The position numbers were made by a program, and so were the translations under genes. Positions 46,750-55,102 of a DNA stretch of 64,000 bases are shown piece after piece. Source of the DNA: Escherichia phage EJP2; the sequence record OQ411014.1; one strand, given 5' to 3'. The notes beneath the pieces were generated by a model. The model did no database searches. It saw nothing but the letters and a program-made list of their open reading frames with translations, and had not been told where the DNA came from. Position 1 is the first letter of the stretch. Every line of letters starts with the position of its first letter.

Positions 46750-47082
46750 ATGTTAGTATATAATTACTTCAGTTTTATAATCTTCATGATGTTTTCGCTT
46801 TATATCATCATGGGTAACGTTGCGTGTTTCTTGAAGCATTATAAACTCGCAAACAGATGGTTTATGATGACAAATCCTTGCTTCCCGAATTTCTGTGCAT
46901 TTATATCTGGGATTTTAGTACTGGTAGATTTGTTCTTGGGTATCTCATCGGAACAACCATGCTTCTCTGCGGTAGCGATGACATTTTTGCTCGTTGCAAC
47001 AGTCCTGGGTATTGTGTTTATCATCTGTACAGTACTGATAGAGTTGATTAGTGATTGGCGACGAAAGTGGCCTGAACAATAA
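46750..47082 (+). CDS. multi-pass membrane protein (110 aa)
   Basis: ORF track. Confidence 0.5.
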   Translation: MLVYNYFSFIIFMMFSLYIIMGNVACFLKHYKLANRWFMMTNPCFPNFCAFISGILVLVDLFLGISSEQPCFSAVAMTFLLVATVLGIVFIICTVLIELISDWRRKWPEQ

Positions 47083-47095
47083 CATCATAAAAGGG

Positions 47096-47124
47096 TTGAC
47101 TTCGGTCAGCCCTTTCTGTATTAT
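47096..47124 (+). promoter_or_regulatory. terminator-promoter module (GGGTTGACTTCGGTCAGCCC, TATTAT)
   Basis: -35 TTGACT in hairpin stem, 17 nt spacer, -10 TATTAT. Confidence 0.55.
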
Positions 47125-47151
47125 ACATACATCAACTGAGAGGATAATTAA

Positions 47152-47580
47152 ATGCGTGTATTTCGTTTTGAATTAAAATATTCTATTCTTGAAGGTAAGT
47201 ACAACTCTATCATTACTGGTATGGGACCATTCACATGGTACTACAAAGATTACAGTACTGAAGCTGGCTACCGTGCACTTGAAATGAAAACGCTTGAAGA
47301 GTGTCAACCAGAGCCAGAGGATGATGGTATTCATGCTATTAAGAACGGATGGGCTTTTGGGTGTGACTCACTGGAATCGCTGTATGAGTTCTTTAATGCT
47401 GATATCCAGGCTTTGAGTGCTGCTGGGTTTGCAGTGTCTGAATATGAAGTTCCTTATCAGCACGTAGACATTGGTCTACATCAAGTACAGTACTACAAAA
47501 AGAGTGCACAATTGCTAGCTATCCATGATGTGAATGAAATATTCAAATCAGTACTTGACAATTGTACTGTTCAGTACTAA
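47152..47580 (+). CDS. hypothetical protein (142 aa)
   Basis: ORF track; GAGAGGA RBS. Confidence 0.55.
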   Translation: MRVFRFELKYSILEGKYNSIITGMGPFTWYYKDYSTEAGYRALEMKTLEECQPEPEDDGIHAIKNGWAFGCDSLESLYEFFNADIQALSAAGFAVSEYEVPYQHVDIGLHQVQYYKKSAQLLAIHDVNEIFKSVLDNCTVQY

Positions 47581-47612
47581 ACTATATCTAACTTAACAGA
47601 GGAATCAAACAA

Positions 47613-48224
47613 ATGACTAAATGTGCTTACGGTCTGGACTATTCCATCAATGGTAAATTCACATCTCTCGGCACTTCTAACGATTGGCGTGCCATTTTTG
47701 AGACATTCATTAATGATGTTATTAGCACATCAGTTGAAAGTGTTGAATATGCAATCCTCACGTTCAACGATGAACCGATTGTAAATTCAGTACTGGACGT
47801 TATTCTTTTTGGGATGGTAGAACACAAATATCGTGTAGTTCTTTTGAATAAAGAACGTGACACTATTATTTCATGTGCTTCTTACAACGAAACATATAAC
47901 ATGCGTGAATGTAATTTATGCTCTGGTATTATTGAAGTAAAAGCAGTAAATCAAAACAACTTATGTTTTTCATTGGGTAAGGACTTTTCATTTAGTAGTG
48001 CTGATTTTGAAGTGTTCATGAATGATTGGAATACTATGCATCTCAAGACTAAAACTAAAATTTCTAGCTTACAACGCCCTACTGAAGTTGCAAAAAACGA
48101 GAATACTATTCAGTACCATGTCAGTACTGAATTAGAGAAAGCAATCAAAGTAATTGATTCTAATCCAGAAGAAGCAAAGCGTATTCTTAACGTAATGCAA
48201 TATATGTTCACTAACAAAGGATAA
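47613..48224 (+). CDS. hypothetical protein (203 aa)
   Basis: ORF track; AGAGGAA RBS. Confidence 0.6.
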   Translation: MTKCAYGLDYSINGKFTSLGTSNDWRAIFETFINDVISTSVESVEYAILTFNDEPIVNSVLDVILFGMVEHKYRVVLLNKERDTIISCASYNETYNMRECNLCSGIIEVKAVNQNNLCFSLGKDFSFSSADFEVFMNDWNTMHLKTKTKISSLQRPTEVAKNENTIQYHVSTELEKAIKVIDSNPEEAKRILNVMQYMFTNKG

Positions 48225-48229
48225 TTGAA

Positions 48230-48826
48230 ATGCTATTCAATAAAAGTAATTATTTTTCAGTACCGAAGGTTTCTGGCAAACCGCTCCAAATGACTTTTGA
48301 TATGAATATCAGTACTATATTCTATAATTTGCTTCGCATTCAAAATAATGATAAAGAGTTCGTCTTGGGTAAAGCAGCAATTTACAATTCAGATGATATT
48401 CCTTTGATTTGTGATTTTGATAAAATTCTTGAAGCAGCACGTTCAGCCACCAGTAGAGTATATAAATTCACTGTTTGTGATTTGTCACAGAAGGTACTTG
48501 ATTATAGTTTCTATATGGATGAAGAAAGTTTGAAGGTAAGTATCACAAATATCATCAATGCAGACATTACCCTTGATAAGAAACCGCACCTTTCGATCAC
48601 AGATAATGAGACTGGGGAAACTCGAAGTGGTACTGTGAATGAAATTTATGATCATTACTTCCATGCACAGATTGCACCTAAAAATGATTCTACTATGTCT
48701 GTAGTACTGGACATGGAAGAAGTACTGAATGAAATGCGTCCTATTATTCAGAATGGTACTGACGTAGAAAAGTCCAACGCAAAAGCAATCCTGGCGTATG
48801 TTGCAGCTAAATTGGCTAAACAATAA
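48230..48826 (+). CDS. hypothetical protein (198 aa), paralog of 53302 gene
   Basis: ORF track; C-terminus LNEMRPIIQNGTDVEKSNAKAILAYVAAKLAKQ matches VNDMREQIKSGTDKEKIEAKAVLSYIATKIALKQ. Confidence 0.6.
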   Translation: MLFNKSNYFSVPKVSGKPLQMTFDMNISTIFYNLLRIQNNDKEFVLGKAAIYNSDDIPLICDFDKILEAARSATSRVYKFTVCDLSQKVLDYSFYMDEESLKVSITNIINADITLDKKPHLSITDNETGETRSGTVNEIYDHYFHAQIAPKNDSTMSVVLDMEEVLNEMRPIIQNGTDVEKSNAKAILAYVAAKLAKQ

Positions 48827-48832
48827 AAGAAA

Positions 48833-48856
48833 AAAGGAGACTTTGTAGTCTCCTTT
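48833..48856. terminator. bidirectional rho-independent terminator
   Basis: AAAGGAGAC-TTTGT-AGTCTCCTTT between convergent genes. Confidence 0.6.
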
Positions 48857-48860
48857 CTTT

Positions 48861-50039
48861 TTATGGTAAATCAAATTCCGTATATGAATATTTGTATACA
48901 CCATCTGGTCCACGACCTGAGTATCGTAATTTACCAGAAGTAGTTATATATGCTGAAGTAATATTACTAGTACTGAATATGTTAAACACTGACTTCATAT
49001 CATTCACTGTACCGTTACCGAATGGTATCAGGTTAAGTTCATTGCCGTTGACACCAGTACTCAATCTTCCTGAAGAATTTGCTCCACAACCATATGCATT
49101 TGATGGGCTAAGAGCAACGTAACCAGTATTACTAGTATAATAACTTAGTAAACCAATAAAATTCTCTGTAGTGGCTATTTCAGTAAAGACTCTAATATTG
49201 ACAGAACTATTCACTCCATTACCTAAGTTTCCAGCATTCTGGCTTCCCGCAGCATATAGATGTGTTTTACCAGTACCGTCACTGTACAATATTGTGAATG
49301 CTGATTCAGTTAGACCAATATCAAAAACACTAAGACCTGGGTCTGGTAGTGGTACTTGTGTTAGCACATTTATTCTTGTATCTGGATGACCAATACCGAG
49401 TTGACCAAATGAGTTTGAACCTGAAACCCAAACACTTAAATCATTTTTTAATATCAGTACTGATGAATTAACAAATTCAACTTTTTGAACATCTGATGTA
49501 AGTTTTGAGAAAGTAGTTAGTGCAAGATAATTACCAGTTGCTAGTTGGCCTTGGTTATTAAAACCGCTTCTATAAAGATCACCATTGTTCATTAATATAT
49601 ATAATGCATATACACCAGCATGAACAGATGTTATTTGATTAAGATTCCCTGTACCTATACCAGCTTCAATAAATGGGGTACAATCAGTATATGATGTCAC
49701 AACTTCAGTAGATGATGTATTGCCAGTTTGAAAGCTACGGCGACCAGTATATAATAATTTTCCATCCATAGTTTTAATGATAACAAAACTTGTGTTTGTA
49801 CACCAAACATCTTGAACATCATCTCTGATTAAAGTCCACTCTAGCTTTTGTTCTGTTGGCTTTCCATCCCCATAGATATAATTATCAACTGTTCCTCCAC
49901 CGATACCATACAATCTGTTATCATCATATAATACCATAAATGCCGGACGAGACGATGCATAAGGTACTAATATTTTTGTAATTTCAGGTAATGAAGGTGC
50001 TTTATTACCATAATTAAGCATTCGTACAAAAGGTAACAT
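48861..50039 (-). CDS. RCC1-like repeat (beta-propeller) protein (392 aa)
   Basis: ORF track; GGAGA RBS on minus strand; repeated G-x-N-x-x-G-Q/N-L-G motifs (GFNNQGQLATG, GSNSFGQLGIG, GSQNAGNLGNG). Confidence 0.65.
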   Translation of the reverse strand: MLPFVRMLNYGNKAPSLPEITKILVPYASSRPAFMVLYDDNRLYGIGGGTVDNYIYGDGKPTEQKLEWTLIRDDVQDVWCTNTSFVIIKTMDGKLLYTGRRSFQTGNTSSTEVVTSYTDCTPFIEAGIGTGNLNQITSVHAGVYALYILMNNGDLYRSGFNNQGQLATGNYLALTTFSKLTSDVQKVEFVNSSVLILKNDLSVWVSGSNSFGQLGIGHPDTRINVLTQVPLPDPGLSVFDIGLTESAFTILYSDGTGKTHLYAAGSQNAGNLGNGVNSSVNIRVFTEIATTENFIGLLSYYTSNTGYVALSPSNAYGCGANSSGRLSTGVNGNELNLIPFGNGTVNDMKSVFNIFSTSNITSAYITTSGKLRYSGRGPDGVYKYSYTEFDLP

Positions 50040-50148
50040 AATTAAATCTCCGTCTAATAATTATAATGTATTTACCAAAAAGGACTTGACAGTACTGAAC
50101 AGTACTAGTAGAATTGTATCCAAGATAACTCACTAAGGAATATCCAAA

Positions 50149-50439
50149 ATGACAACTGTTACTTATTATCAAACACGCCGCCTTTTTGACATGACTGAAG
50201 GGCGTGGCCCAATGATCAATGATTTGGCATTCACTGAGTACCGCCATGCTGAAGCATACATCAACTCCCAACCTGGTGTTATGGGTCGTCGCTGTAACTG
50301 GACACAAGAGCGTCATGCGTCTGACTGGGACATTCAAACAGTACACGCCAGGACTGAAGCCTATGATCCACAAGAAGAAGCACGTCAGCGTGCATTAGCT
50401 AAACTAACCAAAGAAGAACGTAAACTACTAGGACTCTAA
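50149..50439 (+). CDS. hypothetical protein (96 aa)
   Basis: ORF track; TAAGGAA RBS; promoter TTGACA at ~50082 with two CAGTACT copies in spacer. Confidence 0.55.
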   Translation: MTTVTYYQTRRLFDMTEGRGPMINDLAFTEYRHAEAYINSQPGVMGRRCNWTQERHASDWDIQTVHARTEAYDPQEEARQRALAKLTKEERKLLGL

Positions 50440-50440
50440 T

Positions 50441-50653
50441 ATGACAGTACAACTAAAAACTTATAAAGAAGATGATAAAACATATGTAGCTACTGGTTTT
50501 ATCAAAGACAATGGCTTCCATCGTGCACACGATCAACGTCAATACACAGCAGAACGTGCTGGCGGTGAAGTACTCAACACTGACAGCTATGATGATGCAT
50601 TAGCTTTCATTGCTGCCGGACTAGGTAAACCAGAGCGGTTATATACGTTATGA
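50441..50653 (+). CDS. hypothetical protein (70 aa)
   Basis: ORF track. Confidence 0.5.
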   Translation: MTVQLKTYKEDDKTYVATGFIKDNGFHRAHDQRQYTAERAGGEVLNTDSYDDALAFIAAGLGKPERLYTL

Positions 50654-50916
50654 AATACATTCTAGTACTTCTAAGTATCTTCTTTCTTACGGCATGTGAA
50701 CCGGAAGAAGAACGTGAAGAACGTATTGATGCGAAGTATCTGGTGGCGAATGATTGTAAGTACACTGGCGAATCCTTTATAAACGAAGAAACCATTATGG
50801 TGGGTCCAGCCCGTTTCTCTAGGCCAGAGGTCGTTGAGAAGCGTTATTACGTGTATAAATGCAGTCAAGAGCGGAAGGTTCTCGCTACAGTTCGATTTGA
50901 AATTGAAAAAGAATAG
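50650..50916 (+). CDS. lipoprotein (88 aa)
   Basis: ORF track; signal MKYILVLLSIFFLTAC with lipobox LTAC. Confidence 0.55.
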   Translation: MKYILVLLSIFFLTACEPEEEREERIDAKYLVANDCKYTGESFINEETIMVGPARFSRPEVVEKRYYVYKCSQERKVLATVRFEIEKE

Positions 50917-50944
50917 TTGACACACAATGGGAGTACTGTATAAT
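50917..50944 (+). promoter_or_regulatory. sigma70-type promoter TTGACA N16 TATAAT with hairpin across -10
   Basis: GGGAGTACTGTATAATACTCCC inverted repeat encloses -10. Confidence 0.5.
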
Positions 50945-50976
50945 ACTCCCATCTTAACGACAAAAGAGGAATTGAA

Positions 50977-51126
50977 ATGGAACGTGTATACTTGAACGTA
51001 ATCACTGGTGCTAAACGTAAGTTCATCGGCAAAGAAGGATATTTCTGGATGAACAATAAGCAGTGGGTTCCTAATGGTACATCAGAAGAACTCATCAAAG
51101 CATTACCATATTACAAAGTACTCTAA
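50977..51126 (+). CDS. small hypothetical protein (49 aa)
   Basis: Uninterrupted frame found by hand; AAGAGGA RBS. Confidence 0.4.
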   Translation: MERVYLNVITGAKRKFIGKEGYFWMNNKQWVPNGTSEELIKALPYYKVL

Positions 51127-51143
51127 CTATAGGAATCAATCCC

Positions 51144-51791
51144 ATGCTCAAAGATATATCAATTGATGTAGATGCACTGAATGAAGAGTACAAAGATAAA
51201 GGGATTGATTTTTTTGAAACCGTAAGGGAAAACCCAATTAATGGTTCAAAACTACAAGTTACAATGGGAGTTGTTAATCCATTACATCCAGCAATACAGG
51301 CAAAGAAACTACCTATTAGTACTAAACCAATACGCCTTATGCTCGCGGCACATTGTAGTACTGGTATCTATATGGGATTCCCATTACATGAAACTATTCG
51401 CAAGTACAGCAAAAGCGAAGTTGTTTCTCGTATGGTTGAGTTTGATTTGAGTACTGGAATGTGGTATGATTCTCATGAAGTGGCACAGTCCTTCAATGAG
51501 AAGGAATTACCTTCTGGAAAGGCTCCTGCCGATATTACTCGCTTGAGTAGTTCTTATGGTTTAGCTGATAACATCAAGCAAATCATCAAGCACTACAGAA
51601 AAGTAATTAACAGGAGTGACTTCAATGTAGTGCTGCATATTACGTACAACAATGAAAAGCAACTGGCTGGATTGCGTTGGCATAAATGCGGGAAGTACTT
51701 GGGTAAGCATAAACAGAAGCACGAATACTTAGAAGAAGATAATATAAAGAGTATTCTACAATTCCACCTTTATGTACTGAAGGAGGACTAA
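51144..51791 (+). CDS. hypothetical protein (215 aa)
   Basis: ORF track; TAGGAA RBS. Confidence 0.6.
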   Translation: MLKDISIDVDALNEEYKDKGIDFFETVRENPINGSKLQVTMGVVNPLHPAIQAKKLPISTKPIRLMLAAHCSTGIYMGFPLHETIRKYSKSEVVSRMVEFDLSTGMWYDSHEVAQSFNEKELPSGKAPADITRLSSSYGLADNIKQIIKHYRKVINRSDFNVVLHITYNNEKQLAGLRWHKCGKYLGKHKQKHEYLEEDNIKSILQFHLYVLKED

Positions 51792-51950
51792 ATGAATCAT
51801 GATAAGATTCAAGAAATTGAAGAGAAGCGTAATCACTTAAACGCACTCACGTATGAAATGACACAGACTGCTGATGTGGTGATGGGAGTATTATCAACAT
51901 CCGCAGTTCTTTCAGTACTGATAGCGATTTATATATTTTTCTTGTCATGA
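51792..51950 (+). CDS. small tail-anchored membrane protein (52 aa)
   Basis: Uninterrupted frame found by hand; strong AGGAGG RBS; C-terminal hydrophobic helix. Confidence 0.45.
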   Translation: MNHDKIQEIEEKRNHLNALTYEMTQTADVVMGVLSTSAVLSVLIAIYIFFLS

Positions 51951-52016
51951 AGTGTTTGACAATCTTAGTATCATCTAGTATGATGTTTGTACTATAATGA
52001 TATAAGGAAATACAAA

Positions 52017-52262
52017 ATGAAATTTATTAGTGCAATTATTCTTTCGATGACTTTATTGGTTGGATGTTCAACTGATTTCATGAAAGAAGCATACGTTGGT
52101 GAAGTGAATGGACGTACAATCGTCTTCTTCAAAGATATCCAACGTAACGGTATGCAGTACTACACTCCGCAGTTTGCATCTGTATGCCGTGATATGTTCG
52201 GGGTAAGTTCACCATGTAGGATAAAAGAAACTGCAATCAAAAACATTCGTCCATACAAATAA
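52017..52262 (+). CDS. lipoprotein (81 aa)
   Basis: ORF track 51987..52262 (TTG) trimmed to ATG after TAAGGAAA RBS; signal MKFISAIILSMTLLVGCS with lipobox LVGC. Confidence 0.55.
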   Translation: MKFISAIILSMTLLVGCSTDFMKEAYVGEVNGRTIVFFKDIQRNGMQYYTPQFASVCRDMFGVSSPCRIKETAIKNIRPYK

Positions 52263-52273
52263 GGAAACACAAT

Positions 52274-52597
52274 ATGTTTATTCTTTCTTTCCCACTGTTC
52301 GTTCTGCTTATCTGTTATATTGCAGTAGTAGCAGTAGGTTCTAAGTACAAAGATCTCCCTGAATATCTGAACATTGGTGACGGTCAAACAAATTCGCTAC
52401 GCTTTGTTCTGGGTGCAACGTTTGTATCATTAGGGTTCCAAATTCTTGGTCTGTTCTTTGCGTTTGCAATTAGTCTAGGACTGTTGTTTTCAACTATTGC
52501 TTCAGTCCTTGCGTGGTGGTGGTTGTTTGAAACATTCCAGTCTGGTAAGATCAAGATCTGGTACAAAGATGCTAAAGCATATTTCGATCAGGACTAA
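52274..52597 (+). CDS. multi-pass membrane protein (107 aa)
   Basis: ORF track; TAAGGAAA RBS. Confidence 0.5.
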   Translation: MFILSFPLFVLLICYIAVVAVGSKYKDLPEYLNIGDGQTNSLRFVLGATFVSLGFQILGLFFAFAISLGLLFSTIASVLAWWWLFETFQSGKIKIWYKDAKAYFDQD

Positions 52598-52615
52598 TTG
52601 ATTCATTGTTTCATC

Positions 52616-52645
52616 GGGGTTAACATGTGTTAGCCCTTTTTTGTA
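52616..52645 (+). terminator. rho-independent terminator (variant of hairpin family)
   Basis: GGGGTTAACA-TGTG-TTAGCCC hairpin followed by TTTTTT. Confidence 0.5.
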
Positions 52646-52652
52646 GGTAATA

Positions 52653-53036
52653 ATGCGAGCGATGATTAGTATAGATAAGAAAGGTGCAACTCGGATTGTA
52701 TTCTTGACGAAGAGATACGCAATCAAGATACCATCTTTCTATTCGTGGAAAATGTTCTTACATGGATTGATTGCTAATCTAAATGAAAGAGCATTCAAAG
52801 AGTACTCATGTTCTCCTGGTTCTGGATTATGCCCTACTGTATATGCGTCAGGAACGGGTCTAATAAGCATTCAGAAGAGATGTTTACCAGTACAGCACAG
52901 AGGTATGTTCTGGGTGGAATTGGCTCACCTAGCGTGCAGTACTGTACTACATGAGGACTTCTTTTATTCGGATGCGAAGCCTGAGAACTTCGGGTATATA
53001 GATGGGAAGTTAGTAAAATTGGATTACGGAGATTGA
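52653..53036 (+). CDS. protein kinase-like protein, N-lobe plus catalytic loop only (127 aa; possibly truncated or split)
   Basis: ORF track; YAIKIP (VAIK-like lysine), HEDFFYSDAKPENFGY (HRD-LKPEN-like catalytic loop), KLDYG (DFG-like); frame ends right after DYG. Confidence 0.5.
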   Translation: MRAMISIDKKGATRIVFLTKRYAIKIPSFYSWKMFLHGLIANLNERAFKEYSCSPGSGLCPTVYASGTGLISIQKRCLPVQHRGMFWVELAHLACSTVLHEDFFYSDAKPENFGYIDGKLVKLDYGD

Positions 53037-53037
53037 T

Positions 53038-53226
53038 ATGCTAATTTACAATAACAATGGTATTAGAGTACTTCAGCATGAATACTTACAAGTGTTTCAT
53101 GTACAGAAGTTCATGGAGGGTGATAATCCTCGGAGCTATGGTCGTACGATGGATTACTTCACTGTAAAGGAATGCTATAGTATTCAAGAAGTTCGTGAAG
53201 TTGTATCTGAATTACTTGAAGAATAA
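53038..53226 (+). CDS. hypothetical protein (62 aa), possibly C-terminal part of split kinase-like gene
   Basis: ORF track; begins 2 nt after previous stop in another frame. Confidence 0.4.
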   Translation: MLIYNNNGIRVLQHEYLQVFHVQKFMEGDNPRSYGRTMDYFTVKECYSIQEVREVVSELLEE

Positions 53227-53239
53227 TATTAGAAAGGGG

Positions 53240-53269
53240 TTGACTTCGGTCGGCCCTTTTTGTTATAAT
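53240..53269 (+). promoter_or_regulatory. terminator-promoter module (GGGGTTGACTTCGGTCGGCCC, TATAAT)
   Basis: -35 TTGACT in hairpin, T-run, -10 TATAAT. Confidence 0.55.
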
Positions 53270-53301
53270 CATTACATCGACAACCAATAGGAAATCTAAA
53301 A

Positions 53302-53964
53302 ATGCCAATTCCATTGTTTCATGAAAGTAATACATTCACTATCTACAAAAATAATGGCGAACTGAAGACTATTCACTTCACTGGTCACAAAGTAGGTTTG
53401 TATTACAAGTTGTATTCAATCCTACGTAAGAGTCACAACTTCAATATGCCTTCAGTAACTGTACGTGATATTACAGGGCGGGTATTATCCAATGGAAACT
53501 TCTTGGATATCTATTTTGAGTTGATTGATGTATTGAAAGCAGAACACAAGTACTCAATCATGACGACCAATAGTGTTGGTGAAGATCTATATCACTTCCG
53601 TGATGAACCTGAAGGTGTACTGCAACAACTGAAGCATCTGAGAGATACATATACTAAAAATGGTGATCCGCGTCGTTTTGAATATCACACAGTAGTACGA
53701 AGAGATGACTCATCGTTTATTCGTAACAAGTTGGATTATTTGATTATAGAATACCAGAAAATTGCTGATGCAGAGAACTCAGAGAAAGCTGGCGAAACCG
53801 ACTGCATTGGTGAAACTGGCGAAATGGGGTTAGGTGTGTACCTGGAGTTCGATGAAGTAGTGAACGATATGCGTGAGCAAATCAAATCAGGTACTGACAA
53901 AGAGAAGATTGAAGCTAAAGCAGTACTGTCATATATCGCTACTAAAATAGCACTGAAACAGTAA
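53302..53964 (+). CDS. hypothetical protein (220 aa), paralog of 48230 gene
   Basis: ORF track; TAGGAAA RBS; shared C-terminal block. Confidence 0.6.
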   Translation: MPIPLFHESNTFTIYKNNGELKTIHFTGHKVGLYYKLYSILRKSHNFNMPSVTVRDITGRVLSNGNFLDIYFELIDVLKAEHKYSIMTTNSVGEDLYHFRDEPEGVLQQLKHLRDTYTKNGDPRRFEYHTVVRRDDSSFIRNKLDYLIIEYQKIADAENSEKAGETDCIGETGEMGLGVYLEFDEVVNDMREQIKSGTDKEKIEAKAVLSYIATKIALKQ

Positions 53965-53974
53965 AATAAAAGGG

Positions 53975-54004
53975 TTGACTTCGGTCGGCCCTTTTTGCTA
54001 TAAT
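53975..54004 (+). promoter_or_regulatory. terminator-promoter module (GGGTTGACTTCGGTCGGCCC, TATAAT)
   Basis: Same architecture as 53240 copy. Confidence 0.55.
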
Positions 54005-54034
54005 CATTTCAACTTCTGATGAAAGGAAAATTAT

Positions 54035-54283
54035 ATGTTCGCACTACGCCACAAAGAAACAAAGAACTTCATGTGTATTGATACACAGTGGGATTGCTTT
54101 GGTAGTACTGAAGTATTGGAAGAACACGCTGAGAACGTCTTTGTTGTTAGTGAACGTTCATTGTTGGAAGCACTAATTGAGGACTTCAATGCTGGTACTA
54201 ATGCATTCTCTCTGAACTTTCCGGTTGTTGCAGATCCAGAAGCATTTGTTATGTACGAAATTGTAGAACTTACTGTGAAATAG
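54035..54283 (+). CDS. hypothetical protein (82 aa)
   Basis: ORF track; AAAGGAAA RBS. Confidence 0.5.
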   Translation: MFALRHKETKNFMCIDTQWDCFGSTEVLEEHAENVFVVSERSLLEALIEDFNAGTNAFSLNFPVVADPEAFVMYEIVELTVK

Positions 54284-54300
54284 TATCATTGGAGATAACC

Positions 54301-54597
54301 ATGAAAGCACTGACCGCCGTAGAAATCAAAGAGCAATACAAAGATTTATTCGAGTTTAAACACAACGGTGAAGAATTCAAACGTAGTAGTACTGTACGTG
54401 ACTTCTTGAACAAACTCTTCTGTACTAAGTTCAAAGCTGCGTACATTACTATGCCTGAGCGTACTTCAAGTGCAGAAGATATCAAGAAGTTCGGTTTAGG
54501 TTGGGATGCACAATCAATCATCCTGGTGAATGCAGATGAAGAGCTAGTGTACTTGACTAACTCCGAGTGGGCTTCTTTCATGTATCTTCGTAAATAA
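54301..54597 (+). CDS. hypothetical protein (98 aa)
   Basis: ORF track 54289..54597 (TTG) trimmed to ATG after GGAGA RBS. Confidence 0.5.
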   Translation: MKALTAVEIKEQYKDLFEFKHNGEEFKRSSTVRDFLNKLFCTKFKAAYITMPERTSSAEDIKKFGLGWDAQSIILVNADEELVYLTNSEWASFMYLRK

Positions 54598-54606
54598 GGA
54601 ACTATA

Positions 54607-54789
54607 ATGAAACTGAAACGTTATGACCGCAATCGTATTATGGATGCTTTGTATCGTGAAGAAATTTCACTCAATAAGGTGAAAGTGTACTTTATGTTAG
54701 AAGGACGGCTTCCAGCACGTAAAGCTAAACAGTTAGCTATTGAACTGTTGAACGAAGGTATTGAGTACTGGCATTATGACGGATATTGA
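54607..54789 (+). CDS. hypothetical protein (60 aa)
   Basis: ORF track; TAAGGAA RBS. Confidence 0.45.
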   Translation: MKLKRYDRNRIMDALYREEISLNKVKVYFMLEGRLPARKAKQLAIELLNEGIEYWHYDGY

Positions 54790-54800
54790 TTTGTGAAATA

Positions 54801-54856
54801 AAAGGTTGACTTCGGTCAGCCTTTTTCGTATTATGTACTCATCGAAACGAAGGAGA
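54801..54856 (+). repeat. repeated ~55 bp promoter-leader cassette, copy 1 (hairpin with TTGACT, TATTAT, leader, AAGGAG)
   Basis: Near-identical to copies at 56641 and 56937. Confidence 0.6.
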
Positions 54857-54865
54857 TATAAAAAA

Positions 54866-55102
54866 ATGAAACTATCTTTTATACGATTGGGTCAATTCTT
54901 CGGTACTAATGTTATAACTTTACAACAAATTGCAGATAATACATCTCTAACGATTCAAGAAGTACTTGACTTGGATGACATAAATTACGATACTACATGT
55001 ATCGAGTACAAAGAAGGTCTTATCGAAAAGGATAAGATTCAGGCTAAAATTAATGGTGCTGGAAAAGTTCAGTACTGGAAGGGAGTGTTAAGTAATGTGT
55101 AA
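54866..55102 (+). CDS. hypothetical protein (78 aa)
   Basis: ORF track 54806..55102 trimmed: track start is TTG of the promoter -35 and the first 20 codons translate the cassette; ATG after AAGGAG RBS. Confidence 0.5.
   Translation: MKLSFIRLGQFFGTNVITLQQIADNTSLTIQEVLDLDDINYDTTCIEYKEGLIEKDKIQAKINGAGKVQYWKGVLSNV

Noticed and set aside
54806-55102. N-terminal extension MTSVSLFRIMYSSKR shared by track ORFs 54806 and 56939, which looks like a conserved protein domain
   Set aside because: It is the translation of the repeated promoter-leader cassette; the track start codon is the TTG of the -35 box, and real starts are the ATGs just downstream of the AAGGAG site.
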